NCBI GenBank assembly: GCA_010015585.1 | Contig: ML975158.1 | Length of the DNA stretch: 64,000 bases | Reading direction: 5' to 3' (one strand) | From: Eremomyces bilateralis CBS 781.70 | Taxonomy: Eukaryota | In this document: positions 37,304 through 50,287 of the stretch, in pieces | Layout: every line of letters begins with the position of its first letter | Numbering within the stretch: position 1 is the first letter of the stretch | The notes under the pieces: generated by a model | The model's input: the letters and a program-made list of their open reading frames with translations, nothing else | What the model was told of the DNA's origin: nothing | The model's database searches: none | Translations under genes and position numbers: made by a program

Positions 37304-38341
37304 TCAAGTCCATCTCTGCACGACCACCCCTCCCCTCTTGAATTCGGCCATGTCGCCAAGTACCGCCGCCTTGTCCTTCAGCTCCGTACTTGGGAAAGTG
37401 GTCATCAGCACATATGGCCGCTCCGTGTTCGCCCTTGCGGCGGCATCCACGAAATTGTAGACGTCCCCGATTGTATGCGTGGTGTTGAATTGAGACCGCA
37501 GCGAAGTGCCGTCACCAAGTCGAATCTGGAGGGTGATTGCGGGTACGGAATCATCGACGGTGATGGCGGGTGGGTTGGCAGAACTAGCGCTGGCCTCGGC
37601 GGACTGCGTCGGTGTTGATGTGGAGGAGGTTTCTGCGCCGGGCACTGGACTGCCCAGTCGGTTCCCCGCTCCTACGAAAGGCTTCCACTTCTTTGTGGGC
37701 GGCTTATAATCTTCCTCCCGGTGCGGGTGGACTTCCAAGTTGACCTCCTGCCCTTGCTGCACGTCCAGGATGCTCATCGGCGCGCGACCCGAGTTGATCA
37801 TCTCCAAGATCTCCGCGTTGTTCGGATCATCGTACCGGTATAGAGCTCCATCGTCGATGCTGAACCCGTCGCGCCACAGATGCATTCGTCGTAAGACCCG
37901 AGGTGGCGGAGTGGAGGACGAGCTGCCCGCGCCAGGAATGATGACGCTGGGTGCATCGTCGCCCCCTAATGTCTGTCCCGGTCCTGAGAAACGGCTCTGC
38001 GTCGGCACCTCATCCTCTCCACCCGGCCGAGGAACATTCCTACACTATCATCAGTACTGAGGATCGGAATCGGTTGGTCACACATACTGTCTTGCGCGAT
38101 CGATTATGCTGTTGATGAAGCGGTTGGGACCCGACCCTGGTTGCGAGCTAGGTCCACTGTTCGGGTTCTGGACAGCGAGACCTGATTTCTCCCCACCAGC
38201 AAAGAAGTCTTGGTCATCAGAGTCATCGCCGTCATCATGAGAGTGAGCTTGGGGGGCACTCGACCCGGAGTTCTGAAGGTCACCCAGGGTCACTGGACGA
38301 CCGGGAGTGCGCCGTCGGTTCGGGTCAGTTGGCGGTGCCAT
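37304..38341 (-). CDS. SHP1: Cdc48 adaptor Shp1/p47 (SEP + UBX domains)
   Basis: FFAGGEKSGLAVQNP, FSGPGQTLG, LWRDGFSIDDG, FVGAGNRLGSP, LQIRLGDG, LMTTFP. Intron ~38039-38089. Confidence 0.92.
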
Positions 38342-39123
38342 TTTCCAAAGCTTCTAGTTATGAAGGTTGAACAAGCTTAGCCAGGGAGGAAGGACGATGT
38401 GGTTCGCGTGTAGGTCTCGTTTTCGAGCTCGGGCAGAATGGTTGCAGGCTGACAGCAACTACGTTGATTGATGGAAGTAGGAGCTTGGGATGGCCAGAAA
38501 GGTACAGTTCAACAAGGTGAGAGGTGTGGAAGGTGTTCCATGTTAGGATTATGTTGTTGTAATTATCAGAGAGCTCGCCATCAGTTTGCGTTGTGGATTG
38601 TCATCCTCCACTGTTCACATTCAGCAACGGTGTGCTCAGGCTGCAGCGCATGCGGTGATGTGACGTGCCCCACCACACTGACACAGACACACAAATGAGG
38701 CGATAAGGCGACAAGGCGACAAAATACATATCTATTCATGTGACTTGATGCCTTATATCTTTCCCTGTCCAGGCCACCAGGCATTGTTCCAACTCAATTG
38801 CCAGACTGACAGGGGTCTGATCTGGTCCGACTTCATCGCAGTATTCCAATCGGAGATTTAATCGCGAATTTCTTTGAAGTTTGAACTTGAACCACGACGA
38901 CAGCTGAGATATCAGGTATCTGCATTTGGCACCGCTGCCACCCGGAGATTCTAGTCCATTATTTGTATACAGCTGCATCTTTTACCTTTCTCCGTCCTTT
39001 TCACGGTTTTCTTGCGCTCAATCGGATTGGTCGCAAGGACATTGATACTTCCCTTAACCCTCGGAGGTCGACCAGACGTCTGGACGATTCAACCGCGAAC
39101 GGTCCTTTATTGTATGATCCACC

Positions 39124-40664
39124 ATGATGCCCGTACTGGTCCGACGGCCCATCACGGCTGCGGCCTCTTTCACAGCACGAACAACCCTATCCAGACCATG
39201 TGCTAAGGTGAGCAGCATCATCCTCGAGCGCAATCACGAAGCTAACCTTCCCAGACTACCTACTCTGCGCATCGGCAGATTCATATAGCTAGGCAGAGCG
39301 GCGGAGCAGCCCGAACACAGCAATGGCTTCCTTCATCCAACCTTTCTCGACCGACCCTTCTTCAACCAACTAAACTCCAATGGCGCGGTCCCAGCGACTT
39401 ACGGGCGTTTTCTTTTGGCGGCTCGGCTCCGTCCAAAAAGCCAGGTAACGAGTTACCCAACTTTGCGGACTCCACCAACGTCCCTGCTGCGGCCGCCTAC
39501 CCCCAGAACACACCACCCGGCGCTCCAACAGGTGGAATTCCACCCCCGACACAGACAGTTCCTTCCGAACCCGCTCCGCTCACCGACAACATTGCCGGGC
39601 AGCCACTAGATCTTGGACTTCCCGATTTTTCCGACTCCCTCCCACAGATCTCCGAGCAGATACGAATCGGATATCTTGAATCCCTTGGACTGGAGTATTC
39701 CTTAATTAGTCCAACGCATTGGGCAGAGTGGATGTTGGAGCATGTTGCCGTATACACCGGGCTGCCTTGGTTGGGTTCGGTCGCGGTGACCGCTTTACTG
39801 GTGCGGCTTCTCTTCCTTCGGTCTCAAATGAAGATGAGCGATATAGCGGCGACGTCCGAACGTCGAGCGCCTGAAATGGAGGCGGCAAAGGCCAAGCTCG
39901 AACAATTCCGTAAAACCCAGGATCACACCCTTTTACAAGATCCAGTCGTGCAAGAGCTTCGAGGGACGATGCTGAAATCGTTTGGTACAATGATGACCAT
40001 GATTTTTGGCCAAATGTACCTAGGATTCGGATCCTTCTATCTGCTCAAAGCGATGGCGACCCTTCCTGTTCCAGGTCTTGAAACAGGAGGCCTTGCCTGG
40101 TTCACTGATCTGACTGTCCCCGATCCTCTCTATGTTCTACCTGCTACTTTCGGCGCAACGATTTTCTTGACCATGAAGGTATGTTGATCCCTCTGTCCCT
40201 CTGTCCCTCTGTCCCTCTGTCCCTCTGTCCCTCTGTCCCTCTGTCCCTCTGTCCCCCTGTCCCTCTACCAGCGACGGGGGCATATGCGGTGCTGAAAATT
40301 CACTAATGCCGATTCCATCCAGTACACAATGCGACCTGCTCGAGAGGAGAAAGCTGCGCAAATCCAAAAGTATTTGCCTGTGGTCCTTCCTGGGCTTAGT
40401 TTCGTCGTCAGCATATTCTTGCCTGCTTTGGTGCAATGCGCCTTTCTCGTCACGTCGGTGGTTTCAGGCACCATTTCATACCTGATGAACGTTCGCGCAG
40501 TACGTGCACGACTCGGACTGGGACAATTTCCGGTTGCCGCCGCCGCTCCCGCCCCCAGAATCCCGCAATTGCGCATGAAGGACTGGAACGCACCGAGCCC
40601 CGCGAATAGAAGCATTGGCATGAAATCGTATCAGGCACCGCAGAGGCGTAACTCGAGGAAATAG
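39124..40664 (+). CDS. OXA1: Mitochondrial inner-membrane insertase Oxa1
   Basis: IGYLESLGL, TGLPWLGSV, PVPGLETGGLAWFTDLTVPDPLYVLP. Introns ~39208-39253 and 40179-40322; basic presequence-like N-terminus. Confidence 0.88.
40188..40267 (+). repeat. (TCCCTCTG)n tandem repeat in OXA1 intron 2
   Basis: 8 perfect plus 2 imperfect copies. Confidence 0.97.
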
Positions 40665-41180
40665 ACTACAAGATCTATCGGCGAAGATCAATAGCCTTCA
40701 CCTCTATTTCACGAGCCTTAGCGGTCACTTTTGATTTGGGTCTTGCGAAAATCTTGGGAACGACACGGGGTCGTGTCCAAACATGATGCATGTTCTGGAA
40801 TACATTGTACATTAGAATCGCTCCTCCAGTACTGTGTACCGTACTCTGTACTGTAGTGTGTGCCGTAGTGTGTACCTGTACATTATATATACTTAGAAGA
40901 TCTGGCAGCAGAAAATCTGGAACCACACATCGTTGATGTACTCATACATCAAGATATTTATTCTGCATGTAAGCTCAGGGGCAGGGGCAAGTGCACGTGA
41001 TTCGTGGCAGGTCGGAACAATTGAGGCCTTATGGCCTTATGGCCTGACTTCACTCCGACATGAGCATCAAACCGTCAAGCTGCACATGCGGTCATAGTCT
41101 AATATCTGCCATCTCATCGATGCCATACCAGAGCAACGAACTCTCTTCGAAGAGCCGTACAGCTGCCGCGCTCTAATCCA

Positions 41181-42509
41181 ATGCAGCTATTTACTCCCCT
41201 CTGGTTAGGCGCGTACCTGGCCTCGGGCGTCGTCGCCTCGTCCGGTCGAGTGTTTCTCTGGGATCCCGATCGAACACCTGCACAGGACCCCGACCTCCCT
41301 TCAGTCAGCGCCGAGACAGCACGGTTAATACTGGCTCAGCGGCTAGGACTCGGGCAGTTCCATTCTATCCCGGAGGATGATGCGCAGGTGCTGGATGTGT
41401 TGAATCGATTTGGAGCTTCGGCACCGCTTTTCCAGGCAACACCCGTGTCAAAACAGCCCAAGGCTCTAGTGGTGATTGAGGGATTGGAGGAACCAGAGCG
41501 TAAGATAGCACTATCAGCTTTATAGAGTTGGGACGCTGACCGACTCGATATACAGAACTTGTCACCGATGGCCGATATACTCGATTTGAGATCGGCGACG
41601 TTCCCGATGACGCTAGGACGCAGCAACTATTGAAGGATATCACGACGCAGGCGGCATATCTGGGAACCGAGCATTCAGAGAGACACAGAATTGGAGGCTA
41701 TGCTTTCAACGGCATCAAGCATTTTCTTGAAGTCGACGAGTGGAGTCTTTTCGAGAACCACAACGGAAAGATTGTTCTCCACCTTTCGGGGCTTTCGGTA
41801 AGCGTTGGACCTTGATAGCCATGAGATATTGCTGACGAGACATGCATAGGATATCGCCACGAAAGAAGGCTTGAAATCCACTGCTTATCAGAAAGCTCTT
41901 GCCAGGGTGACAGAGGAACTCGATGGCATTCTGGGCTTTGCTCGGGACGAATCCATCTCGATCACGGTTGCTGCCTTACCATATTCCTCCTCCACCGGGT
42001 CAAGGAGTTCGTACGGCTCATACCAGCTACCCAAACGCGATCTCCTGAATGCAGAAGCACCAATGTCGGAGTCGATACCTACTTCACGACCCCCGATCCC
42101 GAAAGCAGAGTCACCAGCTGTGGGACCCTTCGAAGCAGGACCATCGGGCATCATCCCGGTATGTTTCTCCTCCCTTTCGGCCTGCGAATCCACTACGCGA
42201 AACTGCACGGGACATGGCGAGTGCCTTCTCAAATTCAAAACGCAAGACGACGAACCAAAATCCTGCTACGCCTGCGCGTGCACCAAACCCGTTGTCCGGA
42301 CCAACGAGGACGGATCCAAGAAAACCACCTACTTTGGCGGCTCCGCATGCCAGAAAGAGGATATCAGTGTGGCTTTCTGGCTTATCGCGGGTTTCACCAT
42401 TTTCCTGATCTTTGTGGTGTCATCCGGAGTTGGGCTCCTTTACTCCATGGGATCGGAAGAACTGCCCTCGGTCATTGGGGCCGGTGTGTCGGGACCTAGA
42501 GCCAAGTGA
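41181..42509 (+). CDS. Vps3844/DUF3844-like single-pass membrane protein with signal peptide
   Basis: Signal peptide, ARLILAQRLGL, Cys-rich CESTTRNCTGHGEC..GGSACQKEDIS, TM helix, EELPSVIGAGVSGP. Two introns (~41499-41554, ~41798-41849). Confidence 0.85.
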
Positions 42510-42855
42510 TGGTCACACCAAATCGGATCGAATGTAAATCTGTTTGTAGATTGATACTTTACAGGGGAATCGCCTGTGTCCTGGGTCTGTATGATGGAAT
42601 GGCGTTAATAGTCCATGGATGATGGCATCAATTGTTTTACGGGCATTTCTAGCGAAATAATAGGCGGTTGCATTAAATTTTCATCAACATAGTACCCATG
42701 CTCTAGATGGAATGTACGGCTTTGTTCCTTTGGGTGTGGCAAGCAGTCTTTGTTATGAGGTATTTGACAATGCATCACTACGGATTGGGTCTTTGATCTT
42801 TTTGACATCGCGCTTCTATCCAAATCACACAAGGCGGAAGAACAGACTAAAAGTC

Positions 42856-43794
42856 ATGGATCAAACCCAAAGTCCAAGAATCAGGAGCCCAGATGGACCA
42901 GACCAGAAACCTACGGTCGCGGTAGACAAGATGGGTCTTCATAGACGGCGGCGGGGGCAGCAAGCGGTCATAAAATCCGTCGAAATCCTCAAGAAAGAGA
43001 CAGCATATTTTAAGGACCGGCCTTTACCATCAACACCGGCGTCCATCCAAACTACTCCGGTTGAGCTGTACGACCTTAAGGTTCCCTCACCACTACGGCA
43101 AGAGAAGCATGAAAATGCCAAGAGTCAGTCGCAACAGGGAGCGACACCTAACCTACTACTAGTACCGATCAAAACCGACCCCGCGTCCCTCTCGACGACC
43201 TTGAGCGCATTGCCCGAAGGCAAAATCATCAACTTTGAAGGCAGTAAATTCAGCGCCATGCGCACCCGGAGGGGGTCTGTAATAGCAGTAATAACTCCCG
43301 AAGGGACATGGCGACGATCAGTGTATATCCCAGGACCAATCAGATTGCCAACGCTTGGAATGAAATCCTTATATTCCATGTCCAACCTCGACTACCTCGA
43401 CGATGGCATAGAACTTCCCGGGGAGCCGTGGGGAAGGAGACTGTCAGAGGATGGGATGATTGATGACATCGTGTCCTTCTTCGAATCCTTCAAGTTTGAG
43501 CGTGTCGGCATCGAGACGGAAAGCGGATGGGCAAGGCCGCCATTCAACGATGCAGACAGCATCTATAGCAGCACATCCCTCGGCTTCAGTGACAACCGCA
43601 AGTTGGTAAAGATGTCGCAGTCCAGCACCCTCCCCATCCCACAGACACAGCTGCAAATCAGTCCCCTATCACGGACCGCATCCCCATATTCGCCAAGCAA
43701 ATCGTTGCCGGCGCAAAATCGTCGCAAGCGGCCGGCGATACATCAGAAGTCGGGGATCAGGCGGTTTTTGGCTAGCGTAACCTCGATCGTGTAG
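42856..43794 (+). CDS. Hypothetical fungal protein
   Basis: Uninterrupted ORF of >300 codons with RRGSV..WRRSVYIPGPIRL and DDIVSFFESF segments. Confidence 0.6.
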   Translation: MDQTQSPRIRSPDGPDQKPTVAVDKMGLHRRRRGQQAVIKSVEILKKETAYFKDRPLPSTPASIQTTPVELYDLKVPSPLRQEKHENAKSQSQQGATPNLLLVPIKTDPASLSTTLSALPEGKIINFEGSKFSAMRTRRGSVIAVITPEGTWRRSVYIPGPIRLPTLGMKSLYSMSNLDYLDDGIELPGEPWGRRLSEDGMIDDIVSFFESFKFERVGIETESGWARPPFNDADSIYSSTSLGFSDNRKLVKMSQSSTLPIPQTQLQISPLSRTASPYSPSKSLPAQNRRKRPAIHQKSGIRRFLASVTSIV

Positions 43795-44007
43795 ATACCA
43801 AAGCGCTGGGTAGATATACGCTTCAATTATCTCGATATGTTGTTAGCGTGATGGAGCTCGTAAGAGCTGGCTTCACGTACCATTAATGGAATCATTACCA
43901 TCCACAGATGGATCGACGGCGAATAGCATGGCACAGTAGAAAATGGCTTCTCCACCGAGTCCAAATGGACGTGAGTACAGCCGTCCGGGGTAATAAAGGC
44001 ATCGTTC

Positions 44008-44474
44008 TCATGACTTCAGCATTTTGTTTCGCTTTTCCCTTCTCCTCAGACGCTCCACCCGTTTCTGATGCATGGTCTCGGCCATTTTTGCGTATCTTTC
44101 CTTCTCTGCCTTTGCCTCGCGGCGGTCCTTGATACCTTGGATCCATTTCTACGAAGGTCAGCCGATGAACTGGTGTTCAAGAGTGGGGTAGACCTACTTG
44201 TCGCGATGCTGCTTTCTCCTCCTTCATTTCTCGTTCCTTTGCTTTGACGGAGTCGAGGGCCTTTTGTTTCGCCATGCGTTTGGCGAATGATGTCAAGCCA
44301 GCGGTAGGGCGAAATGCGGTTTTCGGTTCGTGCCAATTTTTGCCTGATGAATTAGTCCGACGTGCTGCGGGCGGACAGGATTGGGACTGTACCATTCACT
44401 CGCTTTCCTAAGGTCATTGGGTTGGAGTCGGATTGCTCCGTTATGGTTGTTTGAGTGGCCTGTGTATCCGCCAT
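44008..44474 (-). CDS. CGR1: rRNA-processing protein Cgr1
   Basis: [55 protein letters not shown]. Two introns. Confidence 0.93.
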
Positions 44475-44925
44475 TTTGAATCGGGTCGCTGGATGTGAAG
44501 CGAGTGTTGGAGGTAGGGTATAGGTAATGTAGTATTTGGATTTTGGAGTGATGGTTGAAAAGTGAAGTTTGAGGTTGGCCAAGGGCTGCTCTGATTGCAC
44601 AGAAATTTCAAGTGGGGCGATATTTCGATGCCTTTAGTAATTAGTAACCTGTCAGGGTGCAGCAGGGTACTAAAATACATACTGAGTCTCTGACCGTCGT
44701 AAGGCCGTACATAATATTATTAAAATGTTGATTCATTCATGCAATCCCTTTGCTGTGTCAACCATTCAAACTGTTGCGGATTATTCCTGGGTCGTGAAGT
44801 GCATCGCATTGGAAAGGAAATCTCGAAGGGATCCTACAGGGCATGTAGTGATGAAAGGAGATATATAACACTGTGATATAATCGTACACAACACCCAACC
44901 TCGACGCCTTGATCAACCAGCTTCG

Positions 44926-45258
44926 TTATGAGTTGGCATCGATATCAGCCCAGATTTCCCGTATCTTGGCATTCTTGACCTTTGCTTTGTCCCGATTCTC
45001 CTGCGTCCGCTTCAGTCGTTCTTTACGGAGACACATGTTGACTGCATGCTTGGCTTTCGTGCAACCCCCAACCGTTTTCCAGAGAAAGCCTCGGGCATGG
45101 CATTCATCGAGGGCCGTCATGACCTCTTCGCAACCTGATGAGCATAAGCAGACTGTCGTCTCAGGCCTCTGGAACACCGCATCGGTAAAGATGAATGGTG
45201 TAAGGAAGTGCTTCAAAAACCCACCTTGGTTGTCTTTCGTGTGCAATAGAGGATGCAT
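44926..45258 (-). CDS. CMC2: Twin-CX9C COX assembly protein Cmc2
   Basis: MHPLLHTKDNQ|GCEEVMTALDECH..GGCTKAKHAVNMCLRKER. Intron 45135-45224. Confidence 0.88.
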   Translation of the reverse strand: MHPLLHTKDNQGGFLKHFLTPFIFTDAVFQRPETTVCLCSSGCEEVMTALDECHARGFLWKTVGGCTKAKHAVNMCLRKERLKRTQENRDKAKVKNAKIREIWADIDANS

Positions 45259-46766
45259 TGTGGCCAATATGAGGTTCAAAGAATCGATGAATTGGTTAGC
45301 CCTGTTCCGTGGCGGATGCGAACTGCTCTCCTATATCAGATCTGAAATGGGTGGGCGAGGCAGAACTGACCAGACCTGTCGGCTCCAGGGAGGTCCTACC
45401 AATGCGGTTCTCCTCGGGAGATTGATCGCTATAAGATGGACTGCATACTATGAAAGTGGCTAGGTTGAGGGAATTTACGCAATATTCACCTAAGACTCGC
45501 TTTGAAGCCGACGGAAAACCGTGATGGCTTCAAGGGACAGTTCACGTGATCTTATGGTTAGCATTAGTCACATGATCAGATGATTGAGAGTCACATGACC
45601 TGGATACACACATGTGATTCGATTCTCAATTTTTGGATCATCCAGCCAAAATCTCACGGCTCACCTGTATTATCATTCTTTCTCCCGAACTTACAGATAG
45701 AATTAATGTTACTAATTACGAATCAATGCCTGTGCCATGTCCGTGCTGCTGTGCTGTCACTGCTCACTAGTTTCCAGGCGTCATCTATACAAGCTTCCTC
45801 CAATCCTCCTGTCCTCCAACTTTTCCCCACATCAGTCTTCGGCCAGCCACTTATAATGCAGTAAGCATCCGATCTGCATGTTGAATCTCCGAACAGTTCG
45901 AACCGAACTTTCCAAAAAGACTAAAACCCTAGCTACAGAATGTTTCTTCCGATATCTCAGGCCTGAAGCAGGGTTTCGAATTTCGATTATCACTTATCAG
46001 TGCTGTCAAGGAAACCTCTCAAAATGCTTATCTCTGACCTCGAAACCATTACCTCAAACACCTCAAAGCTATTACCGTACATATGAAGCCAAGTATTCAC
46101 CGTTTCCTTTATTCTATAATGTTTCGAGTCGGGAAATAAGTTTCACTTTGAAGATTTTATGAACGCTATCAAATGAAGTCCACTGCCGAATTCTTTCAAG
46201 TCTTAGTCTATGCCGGTTGGTGTCTAAATCGTATCAATATGACTTTACGGAGTACGTTCTAGTCGATAAGGCGTGCCAACACCGCCCTTATCTATATTTG
46301 AGGGATATATTTTCCGGGTCCTTGGTATCTCCCCAGTCCCCACTTCCTACCGCTGCTAGAAAACTGAAGGATGTCGGCAACGATCTATATCATCCTAAAT
46401 CATGATCTATACTGAAAGCGGAGTTCCGATCCTGCTCCCCCCTCAGAATGCTACGCGCCTACGCAACCAGCTCGAAGCTCCTCGGGGCTTACACGGAACT
46501 CTCCCAAGGATGCCGCTAACGTCATTAGTTGATACTTCTATATGCTACCGTGCGTGGGATCTCGCTCCGTAGTTGATAAGAGAATCAAATATCTCTGACA
46601 AGCATGTATTGGCCCCTTCAGTTCCGAATTTATAAGAGTTGAGCTTCCCAGCACGAAGCCAAGCTCCAACCAGGTACGGAATGCGCCCTCGAATCTGAGA
46701 GTCCTTCCCAGTAGTCGTCGTTGGCTTTTACATCTAAGTTCTTTTGGCCGAAACGTTACCTGAACC

Positions 46767-49460
46767 ATGGCCTTATTCAAAGTCTTTGGGGCTAATTGGC
46801 TTGCCGCGCTAGTGGTTCTCCTTTTCGCGGTTGGAACAGTCGTTTCTATGCCGAACTCATTGCCAAAACTGGAGAAGGTTCCGCACGGCTATGCAAAGAA
46901 CTGGCTTTACAGTCGTGGCGGAAAGCCGAGGAACGAGACGAAGCCGGTCAACGCAGAGTCTTGTGTAGCGCCCGTTGTGCAGACAATTACTGCCCCCAAG
47001 GAAAATATCTTTGCTGGTCTGTCTGATGTGGAGGCCGCCTCTGTCGTCGCCTTCCTCTTCGATCAGAAAACCCTCAACTTAACCACTTCCGATGAAGCGG
47101 GCAGCTGGGACAATACCATGTGAGCCCGAGGTTGATATGCTCACGACGCACATACTAACAGATCTAGTACTCTCGTGGAACTTTTGCAACCCAACAAGAC
47201 AGCCGCCCTCAGCTATTTGGACGGCAACGGTACCCCTCCTGTACGCTATGCTCATGTTATGCTCAATTGTCGATCAACCGAAGAACCCTATTACCAGGAC
47301 TTGACCGTCGGGCCGTTGCCCATTTCGAATGGAACGACTACGATCGCCGCTCTGGAGTATCCATACACTCGCAAGACTGAGGGCAAAGTCCGAAATTTGG
47401 ATGCCGATGCTGATGAAGCTCTCTACGCCGACTGGTTGTACGTGATTGCAGCAGAGATCCAGGATATTACTCTTGACTGGTTTGGAGGCGTCGCTGTGGG
47501 AGAGGACAATGACACTCTGTCTGTTTGGGTGAGTATCTCGTGAACCGAAATACCCTTCGATTCGGCCAGCTAACCGCTTGGCAGGGCATCGATCCGTTGT
47601 GGCAAGATGATGGAATCATTCGATGGGACCAATTTTGGAACACCCCAACTGGTGACTTCGACTCTGGGACACTGCTTCCAACCGGCCTCTATTTCGGCTC
47701 CAATGTCACTGGCAGGGATGCTTCTCAGTGGGAGCTACTTGGATGGTATTACAATGGGATCTATTACAAAACTACTGAAGATTTCAAAGCAGCATACGCA
47801 AGTCCGGATTTCGTCAAGCACAACCCGAATGTTGATGGCGACTGGGCCTGGACAGACCACCTGGGATCTAGTCCAGAGCAGGATGTTATCGCACCTCCAG
47901 TTTCCGTTGCTCCGTCTGGATCCCGGTATGCCGTTGACGTTCCGCAGAAGTACGTCAAATGGATGGACTTCGAGTTCTACATTTCTTTCAACCGAGATTT
48001 GGCCATGCAGCTGCATGACATCAAATACAAGGGTGAACGAGTGCTCTACGAGCTCGGCTTGCAAGAAGCGCTTGCACATTGTGAGTTGGGAATATATCCC
48101 AGTGTTATCAAGTGCTAACCCAAGACAGATGCCGGCCAAGGTATATACCATACCACACCTACCGAAGATTGCGCTAATTGAACTATTTGACAGACCCGAC
48201 GCAATCCGGTACTGCGTACCTTGATAGTTTTTACGGATTTGGCCCATATAGCTTCGAGTTGGTTGCTGGCTACGACTGCCCTTCCCATGCAACCTACTTG
48301 GACACCCAATTCTACACGGGCGAGACGACGCACACGCACAAGAATAGCATTTGCTTGTTTGAGAAAGAAGCGCAGCATGCCATGTCTAGGCATAGCACTG
48401 GCAGCTATGTCACGGTCAATAAGAACATATACTTCACCGTAAGGAACATTTGCACCATTGGTAACTACGACTACATGTTTTCATACGAATTCTACATGGA
48501 TGGGAGCATGAAGGTGGAAGTTCGAGCATCGGGTTATATCCAGTCGGTAAGCAGATGTGGTTGGGCGGATTGCAACGGAATCAAGGTTAACTCATGCAGG
48601 CTTTCTTCGCGAACAACGATGATTATGGTTATCAGATCCACGACTCACTTTCAGGATCCATGCACGATCACGTCCTCAACTTCAAGGCCGATTTCGATGT
48701 CCTCGGCACATCCAACACGTTGACTAAGACTGCTCTCGTTCCCACCACAGAAACTTATCCGTGGTCAATGGGGAAGAGCCGCAACACCATGAAGCTGAAC
48801 AAAACGCGAGTTGTCTCCGAGGACGAAAGCAAGCTCTTCTGGGACCACAACTCGCAGACTCAGTACCAAATCGTCAATCTTGACAAGCCGAACAAATATG
48901 GCGAGTCCCGAGGTTGGCGCATCTCGCCCTCCGAAGGAACGGCGCATCTTACCGTCGAGAACAGCAGCAATCTTCAAAATGCAGCCAATTGGGCGAAGTA
49001 TGACTTTGCTGTCACCCGTCGCAAGGATACCGAGCCGCGCGCTGCTCACGCGTACAACTCACAAGACGTCGCCAATCCTCCGGTTGACTTTGATGACTTC
49101 TTTGATGGCGAGAGCCTGGAACAGGAGGATCTGGTGGTGTGGTTCAATCTGGGAATGCACCACGTCCCGCACACTGGCGATCTGCCGAACACGGTGATGA
49201 CGAATGCGCATAGTTCGGTTCAGTTCTCTCCACTGAACTATTTGATGGGCGACGCTGGCAGGGAGTCAGTCAACATGGTCCGTGTCCAATATGGTGAAGG
49301 GGAGCCGAGTGACGTTGTGACATTCGGAGGACAAGAACCGCAGTGCTTGGTTGATATGGCCACCTTGCAGCCAGATCTGACCACCTACATCGGCGACGTG
49401 GTCATCAGGAAGTTTCCTTTCGACCCCAACAACCCGTACTTTGAGACGGGTTCCATTTAG
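46767..49460 (+). CDS. Secreted copper amine oxidase (TPQ-dependent)
   Basis: Signal peptide; TIGNYDY TPQ consensus; MHDH and WFNLGMHHVP copper ligands. Introns 47120-47167, 47529-47584, 48081-48128, 48141-48193, 48547-48599. Confidence 0.95.
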
Positions 49461-49826
49461 ACAATGCTGTGGTCACAAGCCGGCGCTTGAGTCCGGAGCT
49501 CATAGGATTGGTGTTAGATGCAGCAGGCAGTACGTTGCAATGTGTAAATAGAGAATGGCGAATGGTGCAAGGGAATATAGAGTTGGAAGACTTGAGAAGG
49601 GTATCCAGCCAACAAGGCGATTCGCGCCATCCATCTATTGTTACATAGTCCCGCTCCAATTCTATACATAATAAGCCGAGTCAAGCACAAGAATGGTCCT
49701 CATGAGTCGCACTCTTGATCCATATCCGCCGCGTACCACGCAGCTTCAATCCCAAATGATCGCGCAGAAAAGCCCGACCTTTTACAGGCGACCGTCGGCA
49801 TCCGCAAAGCCAGGTGTCATGCCAAA

Positions 49827-50287
49827 TTACATGCCAAACATCCCTCCACTACCAGCCTGGCCGCCCCTTGCATTCGCTGCGTCCTGTTGGAACTTCTCGG
49901 AGACCTTCAAGCTGACTTCGACAAACTTCGCGGCGCAGCGGTCAAGACAGACAGACTCGGCTTTGTTCAGTTCGCCCTCGCGGTAGTCCGTTGGTAGGCA
50001 TTTTCGGGTGCAGGATGAATTGAGTCTAGGAGCGATGAGTGTCAGTAACGATGGAGAAAGGCAATGGCGATTGGGGATGATCTTGCTGCGCGTGTCCGAG
50101 AGTTGTGGGCGTTGCAGATTCGACTTGGATTGACTAGAAGCCAAGGAGGGCTGCGGAACAAGTGGAATAGGAAGAAGTATTATTACCTGCTAAAGGCGTC
50201 CATAACCATCTCGAATTCCATTTCTGCTTGGGCGATCTTCTCCGCCGAGCTGGGTTGCGGTCGCCCGCCGCCGAAGAGGAATGACAT
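49827..50287 (-). CDS. TIM10: Small Tim chaperone Tim10
   Basis: [41 protein letters not shown] (twin CX3C). Intron 50026-50186. Confidence 0.95.
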
